From NCBI GenBank assembly GCA_000708835.1, contig DF237006.1, forward strand, positions 193,817-257,816: a stretch of DNA of 64,000 nucleotides. The letters are read 5' to 3'. Of this stretch, positions 40,134 to 51,569 are shown in pieces. This stretch comes from Klebsormidium nitens (taxonomy: Eukaryota > Plantae > Klebsormidiophyceae). A model generated the notes under the pieces. That model had not been told where the DNA came from. It saw only the letters and a list, made by a program, of their open reading frames with translations, and searched no databases. The position numbers and the translations under genes were made by a program. The first letter of the stretch is position 1, and the number at the start of each line of letters is the position of its first letter.

Positions 40134-43100
40134 ATGGCGGGCGTCCTTGGGCTTCTGGAGGCCTTGTGCCTGAGGACATATGATATTGCGCACGGCGCGG
40201 TCTCTGGAGCGCTGGACCCCTTCTGCAGCAGCTTGGAGAAGCTCACATTTGATGAGCTGCTGTATGAGGTCGGGCGGGGTGCGCTGGTGGGTGCGCTGGA
40301 GGGGCTCCTCGGAGAGGAGGAGGGGCTTGTGGCTGTGGGTGGGGAGGGAGTGGTGGAGTTTTTGGGGGAGGGAGAGGAGGGAGAGGAGAGGGGGGTGGAG
40401 GAGGAGGATGGCGAGGAGGGGATGGTCTTTGTTGGGGGGGAGGAGGAGGTGGAGGACCTTTTGGAGGAGAGAGAGAGGGAGGAGGAGATGGGGCGGGCCG
40501 AGGAGGAGAGCCCGGAGGAGAGCGGCAGCGTGTTTGAGGCGGATGCCGACCAGCGGGTGAGTTGTAAATGTGATTGCAAACCTCTTATTCATGCCGCAGT
40601 GTTCTGATTTTCCACTGGCAGGAATGACTGCTAAAGTGTTTGTTCTGACAACTTCTGCCAATGATTCTCTCGAACATTACACAGCTTTCGTTCAACTTTG
40701 CAACCGAAAGTGCACATGGTATTCACAACATTATCAGCTTGGACTGCTGCCATTTTGCAACCACTTCGTGCCCTGAATGTTCTTTCTATGTTGGTGGTTT
40801 TTGTAGCAGCTTTCGGTTCAACAACAGCTTTGCAAACTGAATTTTTTTAGTTCAACAATGTTGTGTTTTTGCCCGGAAAGGGAAGCACTTTTTCCTTTGC
40901 GGCGCAGCGAATCATACGTCCTAAAGTCTGCCTGAACAAGATCAAGTAACCTGTTTAAGTACTTAGGTTATCTTTCAATTTGTTGGCTACATTTCAGCTG
41001 TTGAAATCTTTGACGATGGACTCAGAGTTGCAGGTGTGTTACCAACTTGAACAAAGTCGCTTGGTGTATTTATGGCACAAGTGTTCTACATTCTCAAACT
41101 TCCTCACCCCATTCTTTCGCAGGCGGCATCCTCGCCAGCCCTCGCAGAGGCAGCTAACTCCGCCTCCGCTGTCTCTCTGGCCCCACTCATCCCCGAGCAT
41201 ACCCATGGCGACGGCCAGAGGGACAGCGGCAGGGCAGAGGAGGCGCCCCTCGAGGTGTCCCTCCCAGACGAGCGACTCTTTAGTGGGGATGCCTTCGCAG
41301 TCGATCAGATCCCAGCAGGGTTCGGTGACATTTTCTCTGACCCCGCTTTCAGCATTAGCCGCGCCCTCTCTCATAGTCAGCTCCCGCTCCCCGTCGCCCC
41401 CCGCCGCTTTTCGCTCCCGCCCACTCTAGCTCCTCAGGATTCTCCAGTAGATGAGCTGTCCTGGACTGAGGATAGTGTGCTCCCCCCCATTGAGTGGGAA
41501 GCAGTTTTGGCAGAGCGGGATGCAGCCGTCAGCTCTCTCATGACAGCGGTCAGTGAGAGCAGAGAGCGGCGCATTGTCATCCTGGACGGGGAGGAGGACA
41601 TGTGGCGGACGGCGCTGCTGAGGGAGTGGACGCAGGTAGGGTTACTTACCGTGCCTGCTTCGGGTTTCCTGCTTCCACAAGCTTGTTGTTTTGTTCAGTA
41701 CATGCAAAGGCTCGTTGTCTTGTTCCTTACTGGGCTAGGATGTAACGCCTGACCACACCTGAGCAGCAAGTATTCTGCATTTTCTTGTTACGGCGGCTGT
41801 GAATTAGATTAACATCGGCACTTTCATGCCTTGTAAGATTATACCTCGTGGAAATTATACCTTGTAGATTGTATTCTGACCCTTGTCTTGCATCTCTACA
41901 GGGCGAGCCTCGCACATTGAGCACCACCAGTTCTGCACCCGCTACGATCGTCGGCCCCGGCGAGGAGGCCTCTCTGGCCGATGCTGAGGACGCGGAGGCG
42001 GTGCCCTTGTTCCAGGAGGTCATTCCCCTGTGTTTGCTGGGGCGGGTGAGCAGCCGCTTCGCTATGCACCTTTTATTTTAGATTTCAAAAGATCAAAAGA
42101 TTTCTGTGTCGAAAATGTGAACAAGCACTTGAACTTTCTTCATAGATGCCCTGTACATGACACTGCAGTGCGAGAGTGAGCTCTGGAGTGGATAGATGTT
42201 ACGGACTTCTTTCTCCCCTCTCAGGATCATTTCAGCAGTGCCTCAAGTCCTCCGTCTATTCGAACCAACCCATAGCGGTTCGTGCGAGTAAGCCGAAAGT
42301 TCTGAACTTGCCTTTCTGCGCGTATTTGCAGGGTGGTCAGGGTGACGTTTACCACGCGGCGTGCTTCGACGCTGACGGCAACTACTTCCCGGCCGCGGTC
42401 AAGCGCGCCAGGCCGAACCCCGAGACGGACACTACGGAGGAGCAGCTGCGCGAGGTAAGCCAGAATACCGAGCGGGGTTGCAATGCATCCTAAGCCTATG
42501 ACATTGATTCCAAAAAATTGCTTCTGGAAACCTGCCGGAGCCATCGCCAGATCGTGTTGGGGCTTGTGACTTGGTCTGCAGAATCCACATCCTAGGATCT
42601 TATCAGAATCGCTAATCAGGCCCCTTACAAAGTAGCAACATCAGGAAGACTCCTCGATATTATTGGAAATGCTATGAAATATCCTGAAGTACTTTCCTCT
42701 CCTCCTCCGCAGCTGAGCAGCCTGGTCGCCTGCCGCGGCTGCGCCAACGTGCTCCAGGCCCTCGGCTACTTCATCTTCGAGGATGGAGAGCTGGGCATTG
42801 TCTTGGAGCTGGCAGAAGCGCCCCCCTCGTGGGCGAAGCACGGGGCTACCGTGCAGCACACCCCCCCGGAGCTGCTGCGAATAGCGAGGTACTGTTACCA
42901 AGGGGCAGCGGGGCTGGCGGCCATGCACAGCCGGCAGATGCTTCACACGTGAGTGATACTTCTGTCCTTTTAAGTCAGTGCTTGCGGGGTGAATGAGTCT
43001 GGGCGGAGTGTCCCAAGTCAGAGTGGGGAAAGGCATGTCGTGCGCTCAGAATGTTGCATAGAGGCAAGAAGTGAGGAGCCGACGTTTTCTGGAGAGAAGT

Positions 43101-44389
43101 TTCGCCAAAATGCTCGTACTGCCATTCTTTGTGCCTGCACGCTCGATGTTTTTCTTACTGCAGTTCGATTGTGTTGAACGGTGGTTGGACGTCCATAGCT
43201 TCTTCTTTGCGCAACACTAAATCATCTTATGTAAAGAGCCTGACACTTTGCCCCCTCTTTGCAGCGACGTGAAGCCCGAGAACTTCCTCGTTTCCGGGGA
43301 AGTGGCCAAGCTGGCCGACCTCGGCTTCGCAGTCCGTGTCGACAGGGCCGCTGAGATGGGGGCGGTAAGAAACGCCCCCTCGCATTTCCTTGGTTTGTAA
43401 TCGCAGTTGCTTGTATTCCACAAATCACTGTCTGGTTCTTATCCATGCTTCTTCGGTGTCGGTTTCTCTACCTCAAGGGGTTAGGAGCCTGCAATTGTTT
43501 GTTTCGCGGGTCAATGAACCAGCCATTCCGGCAAAGATTTCTGCTTGTCTGCGTGAGAGAGCTCTTCCGCCAACTTCTGCGCTAACTCTTTGAAACCGGT
43601 GCGTCAGAGCCTTGACGAACCCTGCTGTTAACCCGTTTCTCACAGTGCTAACCCCCCGAAACCGGTGCGTCAAATCCTTAACTAACCCTGCTGTTAACCC
43701 GTGTTCTCCAGTGCGGCACCCCGGGTTACATCGCGCCCGAGGTGTACGTGGACGACCAGCACAGCAAGGCGTCCGACGTCTTTGCGATGGGGGTGACCGT
43801 TTGGGCCCTCATCACCGGAGACCGCCCCTCCGATTACTTCAGGAGCAGACAGGTACGTGCATGGCGGCTCCTCGCAACCAATCTTCTGATGCAAACTTTT
43901 TCTTGTTGAAACGGTTTGCCTTCGTATGATGAACTCGAGCGAAATCGAGGGCTGGGTCGGACTGCAAGTGAAGCTGGTTCTGGCTTTGACTAGCCGGACA
44001 CTCCAAACCTTGCTGATGTCTTCGCATGGATCGCACATGGCAGACGTCGAAAGTGCTCGACCAACAATCATTAGGATATCACCCTCGCTGCGCGTTCACC
44101 TGATACGTGCTGCTTAAAACGTTCCGCAATGCTAGGACAGTTTTTTATGAAAATGCAGCCTCCTCAACGTGTGTTTCTCTCCCTTCAGGAGTGCATCGAC
44201 TGGTATGTCGCGGGCGGCCGCCTCGACTGGCCCGACGAGGTGTACTCTTTCGGGGGGAACCTGGTAGACCTGGTGGAGGCCTGCTGGGACTCCCTCCCCG
44301 AGCGGCGGCCCTCCGCCCACGCGCTCATGAGGGCGCTGCTGCAAATCTCTCTAGAGCTGGAGGGGGCGAAGAAGGTTTGGGTGGGGTAG
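40134..44389 (+). CDS. Acidic-N-terminus non-RD Ser/Thr protein kinase, paralogue B (intact, ~626 aa); exons 40134-40556, 41123-41635, 41902-42045, 42332-42454, 42713-42948, 43265-43364, 43712-43852, 44189-44389
   Basis: All exons are in phase with GT-AG. Motifs: G-loop LGRGGQGDVY, AAVKR, alphaC EQLRE, catalytic HTDVKPEN, DLG, CGTPGYIAPE, SDVFAMG, CWDSLPERRPSA. The first ~360 aa are non-kinase, with Glu/Gly-rich and Pro/Ser/Ala-rich regions. Confidence 0.9.
43592..43714 (+). repeat. 66-bp tandem duplication of the branch-point/acceptor region in intron 6 of kinase B
   Basis: gaaaccggtgcgtca...aaccctgctgttaacccgt...cagtgc occurs at 43592 and 43658. Paralogue C has a single copy (49203-49258). 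Confidence 0.88.
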
Positions 44390-45396
44390 AGGGGGGTGAC
44401 GGGGCAGGTTAGATCAGGACTTGCGGCGGTTAGTAGTCAAGCTACTAACTAGATAATCTGGCGGGGCACAAGTGGTGTAGAAAAGTGGGGAGCTTTGAGG
44501 GAGGGTCGGGTTAGAAAGTGTAACAGACGGAGATTCGGAACGATTTAAAACGGGTTGGGAAGGTAACTTGAGTCTTGTAGATAAACAATAGGAGGTAAGC
44601 GCGCGCGCATAGACTGTGTTTCGAAACTGGAATCATGTTCAGGGGGCGTAGTAAGGGTTGTGTTGCGAAATCGGCAGTTGGCTGCCGTCTGTTGAGGGGA
44701 TTGTTGTGAGGTGCGCGACACCGGATCTTCAACTGCAGAGAGCGGCCCCAACCGATAGAATATGTACTTGCGCAGTTTGTCGGTACAGAAAACCATTTAT
44801 ACAATCTGCTCGAAGAGCTTTTAGGAGACAGGAAATCACGACAACATAGGAACAAACACAAACAGGTGCAGTTGACGGGTCATGCAAGATTGCCTTGTCG
44901 AATCCTTAACGTAGCTTGATAGAGATATACTGCTAACTTAACAGCAAACATTCTTTATTCTTGAGTAGGTCGACTGCCGCCTGTGTTGAGTAAGTTGCAA
45001 CTGATTACTGTATAGGAATTGGACTCAGAGCATTCTTCGCAAAGAAAACTGGAGATTAAATTAAGAGCTAGCTAGCATATAGGACTGCTAATCATTTACG
45101 GGGCTTGCGCTCAACAACTTTTAGCTAAAGTTTGAGAGCTACAGCGGTATCTCAACTGTCCGACGAATTAACGAACATCTTATTTACGAACTGAGATTGT
45201 AGGCGCTCGCGATCGATCCGTCATACTAATTTATAGGCACCCCCATTTCAGCTACCAGGCACAAAGCGATTCACATGCGCATGAGGCGAATTATCGCTGA
45301 TTCAGATATCATTTGTAGATGGTCTATGCCTTCTAGCTAGCTTCTGTTCGGATGTTTTCTGGCTTCGTGTAGATTCAGTAGAATGATACGAGGCCC

Positions 45397-48300
45397 GCGC
45401 CGCGGCATTTTTCCAGCGCAGCCCGGCCGCGATTCGCCACGGACTCTTGGCGACGCGGGACCGGCATTTCGTGCGGGTTTGAGAAGCTGGTTAAACTCTT
45501 CTTAGGAACCTTCGGGTAATCAAAACGTCGTAACCAATCATAGCTCGTCGGCCCGCTTGGGGCCCGGTCGCCGCCGCGCCCGTCGCCCAGGGTTTGCAAA
45601 TTGTAGGGCATTCATTGCCTCGCTGAGTCGGCTTGGCCACGGTTGCTGATAGCCCTCGCATTTGAACAGATTCTTTCATTCTCTTGCAAGCAATTGCAGA
45701 GGATACCAGCTCTTGGCGCTTTTTGCGCCCTTTTGCGATCAGCGATATAGCGATTATTGCGCGCCCTTGCTCACTGCATTCAGCGTTCGCCAGCTCGTGG
45801 CTAGCAGCCATGGCGGGCGTGCTCGGGTTCCTGGAGGCGATGTGCCTCACAGCATTTGACGTCGCGCAGGGCGCTGTCTCTGGAGCGCTGGACCCCCTCT
45901 GCAGCAGCTGGGAGAAGCTCACACTTGATGAGCTGCTGTTTGAGGTAGGGAGAGGGGCGCTGATGGGAGCGCTGGGTGGTCTCCTTGGGGAGGAGGAGGG
46001 GTTTGAGGCATTCTCTGGGGAGGAGGGAGTGGTGGAGTTCTTGGGGGAGGGAGGGGAGGGAGAGGAGAAGGGAGGGGGAGGAGGAGGATGGGGAGGAGGG
46101 GACTGTCTTTGTTGGGGGAGAGGAGGGAGTGGAGGAGTTTCTGGAGGAGGGAGAGGAGAGGGAGGAGGAGATGGGGCGGGCCGAGGAGGAGAGCGGCAGC
46201 GTATCTATTGAGGAGGATGCCGACCAGCGGGTGAGTTGTGAATGTTGCAAGATTCCTACATTTGGGATCTGGAATTGCTCAACGCCCCACGTGCCAAAAA
46301 TTTTCTGGATTTCTCCAGGAGAAGACCTTGTCAGTTGCCAACTTCTTTTTGTTTGACAGTTTGTGAAAATGACTCTGCTCGGCGTCAAATAGCTTTTGTT
46401 CAGCTTCGGACACAGAGCTGCACTGAAAACTTGTAGATTGACCAGCTTGAAGTTTCTGATAATTTCTTACTCCATTTCGTGCACTGAATCCAGTCTTTTC
46501 TTGGTCGGTGGTGAAAGTTGGACAATGCCGCGTTCTCACCAGGATCAAACAATTGCTTATTTGCCGATCTGTATCCTGAAGCGGCTTGAACAAAACCTGA
46601 AGTAACCTGGAATTCCAGTGTCCATGTAGCCCACCGTCAACGACTTGGTATTAGCAAGTCTGCCCCATTTCAGCTGTAACCTCTCTGAATGAGAGCCTTA
46701 ACCTTGGAACAAAGTCACACAGTTAGATGTCAGCAGATTCCTTCATATTTCTCACATTTTCACCCCATCCTTCTTGCAGGCGGCATCCTTGCCAACCCTC
46801 GCAGAGGCGGCAGCCTCCCCCTCAGCTGTCCCTCTGGCCCCACGCGCCCCCGAGCACACCCACAATGACGGTCAGAGGGACAGCGGCAGGGCAGATGAGG
46901 CGCCCCTTGAGGTGTCCCTCCCGGACGAGCGACTCTTCAGTGGGGATGCCTTTGCGGTGGATCAGATCCCAGCAGGGTTTAGCGACATTTTCTCGGACCC
47001 TGCTTTTGACGCCAGCCGCGCCCCCCCTCATAGTCAGCTCCCGCCCGCTATCGTCCCCCTCCGCTACTCGCTCCCGCCCGCGCTAGTTCCCCAGGATCGC
47101 CTAGATGACCTGTCCTGGACTGAGGCTAGCGCACTTCCCCCCATAGTAGAGTTGGCAGAGAGGGAGGCCGAGCAGGACGCAGCCATCAGCTCTCTCATGC
47201 AGCGGTCAGTGAGAGCAGAGGGCCGTCCATCATTATCTTGGAGGGGGAGGAGGACGCCATGTGGCGGACGGCGCTGCTGAGGGACTGGACGCAGGTACAT
47301 TTGCTGCGCTTGCTTGCTTCTTCGTTCCCCTGCTCTTGCAGGCATGTTCATTTGCGCAAGCCTTGTTTCACTTGTTACAAACGATGCCTGACCAAAGTTC
47401 AGCAAAAATATTGTTCCATTTCCCTGAATACACCGGCTGTAGCGGCTGTTAACTGAACGAAGATCCTTAAAGCCAGGCCTTGCAAGAACGTAAGGTGAAT
47501 CTCACCCTTGTCGTGCTATTTACAGGGGGAGCCTTCCACATCGAGCGCCGTCGCGCCTGCCGCGCTCACGGCAGCCGGCCCTGGCGAGGACGCGGACTCG
47601 GTCCCCTTGTTTGAGAACGTTGTACTGTTGTGCCTGCTGGGGCGGGTAAGCGTTGCATACCGGTAATTTTGAATCTAATCCATGTCGGAAGGATGGGAAC
47701 AAGAGAGGTTTGTTCAGAATGCCTCATATGTCTCTGCAATGTTTCAGTGAGCTTTTCTGTAAGGAGCTGCTCCTTATGCAGAACGTCAAACTGGTTCGAG
47801 AAAGTGTTCTCATGCTGTTATTTTGCGCAACCTTCGTCCTTGTTTCGCTCAATTCAAAAGTCCTCCACTTCTTTCCCCAAGATGCTCGGCCCTCTTCGTT
47901 GTGACAGCGTATTGGTAAGTTTATGTCAGAGCAAGTTCTTAGATTGCTTCTGTGCGCATGTTTGCAGGGTGGCCAAGGGGACGTCTATCATGCGGCGTGC
48001 TTCAACGCGGCCGGCAACTACTTCCCGGCTGCCGTCAAGCGAGCCAGGCCGAACCCCTCCACGGACACCAGGGAGGAGCAGCTCCGAGAGGTGAGGCAAC
48101 CTTTTTGCAAGCGTCCCGCACTGCATCTCCTTGGATGTTGACTTCTTTTCCTTAGAAGCGTGTTAGAGATGCCGCCAAATCCCAAGGAGCTTCCAGCTTT
48201 CCAGTGCGCATGCCAGGATCTCGTCATAGCATGTCAATCAGGCCCCTTCCGTGCCAGTAGAAGAATCCAACATACCATTGGTAATCTGGTGAAGACAGCT

Positions 48301-50530
48301 GACCGAGTGTCTCTGTCTTTCCCTCCTCCGCAGCTGAGCAGCTTGGTCGCTTGCCGCGGTTGCGCCAACGTCCTCCAGGCCCTCCGCTACCACATATTCG
48401 ACGACGGGGAGCTGGGCCTGGTCTTGGAGCTGGCAGAAGCGCCCCCCTCGTGGGCGAAGCGCGGGGCTCCCGTGCAGCACACCCCCCCGGAGCTGCTGCG
48501 GGTGGCCAAGTACGCCTACCAGGGGGCGGCGGGACTGGCGGCCATGCACAGCCGGGACATGTTGCATACGTAAGAAAACCTCCGTTCTCTTTCTCAATGG
48601 CTGTGATTGTGACTTAGAAAGAAGTGGTGCAAACCAGAACGGGGTGAATAAGATTTCGAGACCCGCGCTCGGAATGTTGCATGAAGTTAGGAGATGCGGA
48701 GTCAACGTCTTCTGCACTGCCTCGTTTCTCTGTCTCACGCACGATTCCAGCTTTCTCTAAGCGCAGTCGCATTGTGTTGTATCCATTAGTTTCGACAAGA
48801 CGTCCACTGATTCTCCATGACGATTTCAGGACGTTTATTTTCAAAAGCCTGACGCTTGCCCCATCTCTGCAGTGACGTCAAGCCCGAGAACTTTCTGGTC
48901 TGTGGGGAAGTGGCCAAGCTGGCCGACCTGGGTTTCGCAGTCCGCGCCGACAGGGCCGATGAGATGGGGGCGGTAAGAAACGACCCCTCGCATGCTCTCC
49001 GTTTGTGATCGCACTTGCTTGTATCACACTTGAGAGTGTCTGGCTCTTAACCATGCTTGCTCGGTGTCGGTTTCTCTACATCAAGGGGTTAGCCTACCGC
49101 TGTTTGCTTTGCCAAATCAATCCACCAGCCATACCGGCAAAGGTTCCTGAATGTCTGCTGACGTCAGAAGAGCTCCTCTGTCAACTCCTGCGCTAATCCC
49201 TTGAAACCGGTGCGTCAAAGCTTTGACTAACCCTGCCTATAACCCGTTTCTCCAGTGCGGCACCCCGGGTTACATCGCCCCCGAGGTTTACGTGGACGAC
49301 CAGCACAGCAAGGCGTCCGACGTCTTTGCGATGGGGGTCACCATTTGGGCCCTCATCACCGGGGATCGCCCCTCCGATTACTTCACGAACAAACAGGTGC
49401 GTGCACGGTGTCTCTTTGCAAGCAGTCTTCTGATGCAAACGTTTTAGTGTTGATCCAATTTGCCTTCGAATGGTTAGATTGAGCAATCTCGGGGTCTGGT
49501 TCGGACTGCAAGCGAAGCTGGTTCTGGCTTTGATTAAACGGACGTTCTGAGTCTTGCTGATTCCTCCGCAGAGATCGTACATGGCAGACGTCGAAAGTGC
49601 TCGACCATCAGTTGCCCTCGCTGCTTCTTGACCTGATACGTGCTGCTAGTGAAATTCCGCAAAAGCTGGGACAGTTTCTAAGTAAATAAATGCAGCCTCC
49701 TGAATGTGTTTTCATCTCCCTCCAGGAATGTATCAGCTACTACGCCATGGGCGGCCGCCTCGACTGGCCCGACGAGATATCCCGTTTCGGGGGGGACCTG
49801 GTGGACCTGGTGGAGGCCTGCTGAAACCCCCTCCCCGAGCGGCGGCCCTCCGCCAACGCGCTCATGAGGGCGCTCCTCCAGATCTCTCTCGGGCTTGAGG
49901 CGGCGAAGAGGACCTGGGTGGGGTGAAGGGAGGTGGGGGCCCAGGTTAGGCCGAGAAGCTCGACGGTTTGTAGCGAAGCTACCGACTAAACTAGACTGGT
50001 TGGGAGCAGTGGTGTAGAAAACGGGGGGGTGTTGAGGGAGAGAGGGGTTATAGACACTGATTGAAGAGATGGAAGTCACGGAGAGAACATTGTAGGGAGC
50101 TGTACAAACGGAGCGACGGGAAGGTGAAAAATAGACGAGTTGCAAACATTGTTAAGGTTAACGACGGGGTGTAAGCTAGAGCGCGCGCGCATACTGACTT
50201 TTAGAACTGAGATACTGAGTCGGGGGCGTAGATATGCATTTGTTGCAAGTTGCAGAGGGCTGCTGTTGGAGGATATGGATCTTTGAGTGAAAAGGGCGGC
50301 TCTAATTGAATCTGCGTATGGACGTGTTGTAGGACTGGCCTGGTCGTTCAGAGAAGTTATATTTATGCAACTTAGCCTTCATACGAGCCTCCAACTCTGG
50401 GGGGGTTTAAATTTGAAAGAGGAATCTAGTAATAGGAATAGATCAATTGACAAAGTGAAAGCTGCTCGTCAAATATTGTAGTCTAGAGTTGATACGATAA
50501 CTGCATTTCAACGTAACAGCAACTGTGACC
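45397..50530 (+). repeat. Tandem segmental duplication unit 2: promoter, kinase C and 3' flank (right boundary approximate)
   Basis: Collinear similarity with 39715-44950; the right edge fades into diverged AT-richer sequence. Confidence 0.8.
45810..49926 (+). pseudogene. Acidic-N-terminus non-RD kinase paralogue C, disrupted; exons 45810-46230, 46780-47294, 47526-47645, 47968-48090, 48334-48569, 48873-48972, 49256-49396, 49726-49926
   Basis: Exon 1 is 421 nt (frameshift in the G/A tract near 46070). Exon 2 is 515 nt (atg-cagcg versus atgacagcg in B near 47200). TGA at 49822-49824 replaces TGG (CW) in exon 8. The kinase motifs (HTDVKPEN, DLG, GTPGYIAPE) are otherwise retained. Confidence 0.9.
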
Positions 50531-51569
50531 AATCTTTACAGAATTCCTGCCCGCTTTCGGGGTAATATGTTGTGTAGGAAGTCTGGTTTGTGGGAACTTA
50601 GGCTTGCGTAGTAAAGTGATAAGTAGAGCCTAGATTGCACAATATAGTCCTTGTAAGAACTGTAGCTGCGCGCAGAAAAAATTGGCCCCATTGCAAGAAC
50701 CAGGAGTTGCAAATTCAGTCTGATCTGGAAGACTCATTTGAAAGACTCAGGCTAGGCGTCCTCCTTAATATAGTTAGATCCAGAAACTGAATGGCCATGC
50801 ATGTCTAGCTTTCCGGTGTCTAACCCACTTAAGTCGTTCTACCTGTCACTCCATGGTGCATGCTGCACGAAAGTTGGCATGGGTTTAGCTTTTGATACCA
50901 AGAGCAGATCGCGATCGCACCGGGTCGGGCCTTACTTATATGAAGGGAGCTAGAGTTATCCCTTGAGGGAATGGCCGCCGCGGCCGGCCATCCGCTCGCT
51001 TGCACGAACTTGGTCCACTCCAGCTGCACGGACCTTGCGTCACCCCCAGATCATTCCAGCAATCGACTGAAAAGCGCAGCCCGATTTTCCTATGATTTGA
51101 GAGTATGTGCACAAATGCAGCTCGCTAGACAACAATCCATGAAATGGTGTTCCTTGACTGTACCAGCAACTATATCAAGGTCAGCAGCGTGATCTCATGC
51201 ACTCGTACATGGTTTTCTGCGGTAGTGACTCAAGCTCGAGTTCTAAAATTTTGAAGCTGACTACACAATTATACCCAAACCCGACAATTGCCTGCTCCCA
51301 CATGCCATGCTCACTCGTCACCCAGTTATAAATAACCCCATCCATCCAAGTTCGATAACTTGAATTCACAAACAAATTACCCAGTCGAAGACCAATTACC
51401 CATACAGGTTCGCTCGCTCCGAATGTTTGCTCCGTCTTATTCACACATGGACTTCACAGAATGCTACCGATCTGTTCAATCATCGAGGATAGATCAGGTC
51501 AGCCCAATCACAGGTTGACGTCATCGTACGTGAGCATTATCACGGCGGCTGTTCCTGAGGCGGACGCTT

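Larger units (their letters stand above)
39715..45396 (+). repeat. Tandem segmental duplication unit 1 (~5.68 kb): promoter, kinase B and 3' flank
   Basis: gcgc(t/c)gcggcattt...gcagcccggccgcga...ggcgacgcgggaccggcatt...gtttgagaagctggtta occurs at 39715 and 45397, and exons, introns and 3' flank (e.g. ttgata...actgc...taacagcaa at ~44915 and ~50490) are collinear. Confidence 0.88.

Noticed and set aside
50934-51192. TATA-like cttatatgaa, near-palindrome atggccgccgcggccggccat and a 73-aa ORF
   Set aside because: No recognisable product, no snRNA upstream element and no splice support. Insufficient evidence for a gene.
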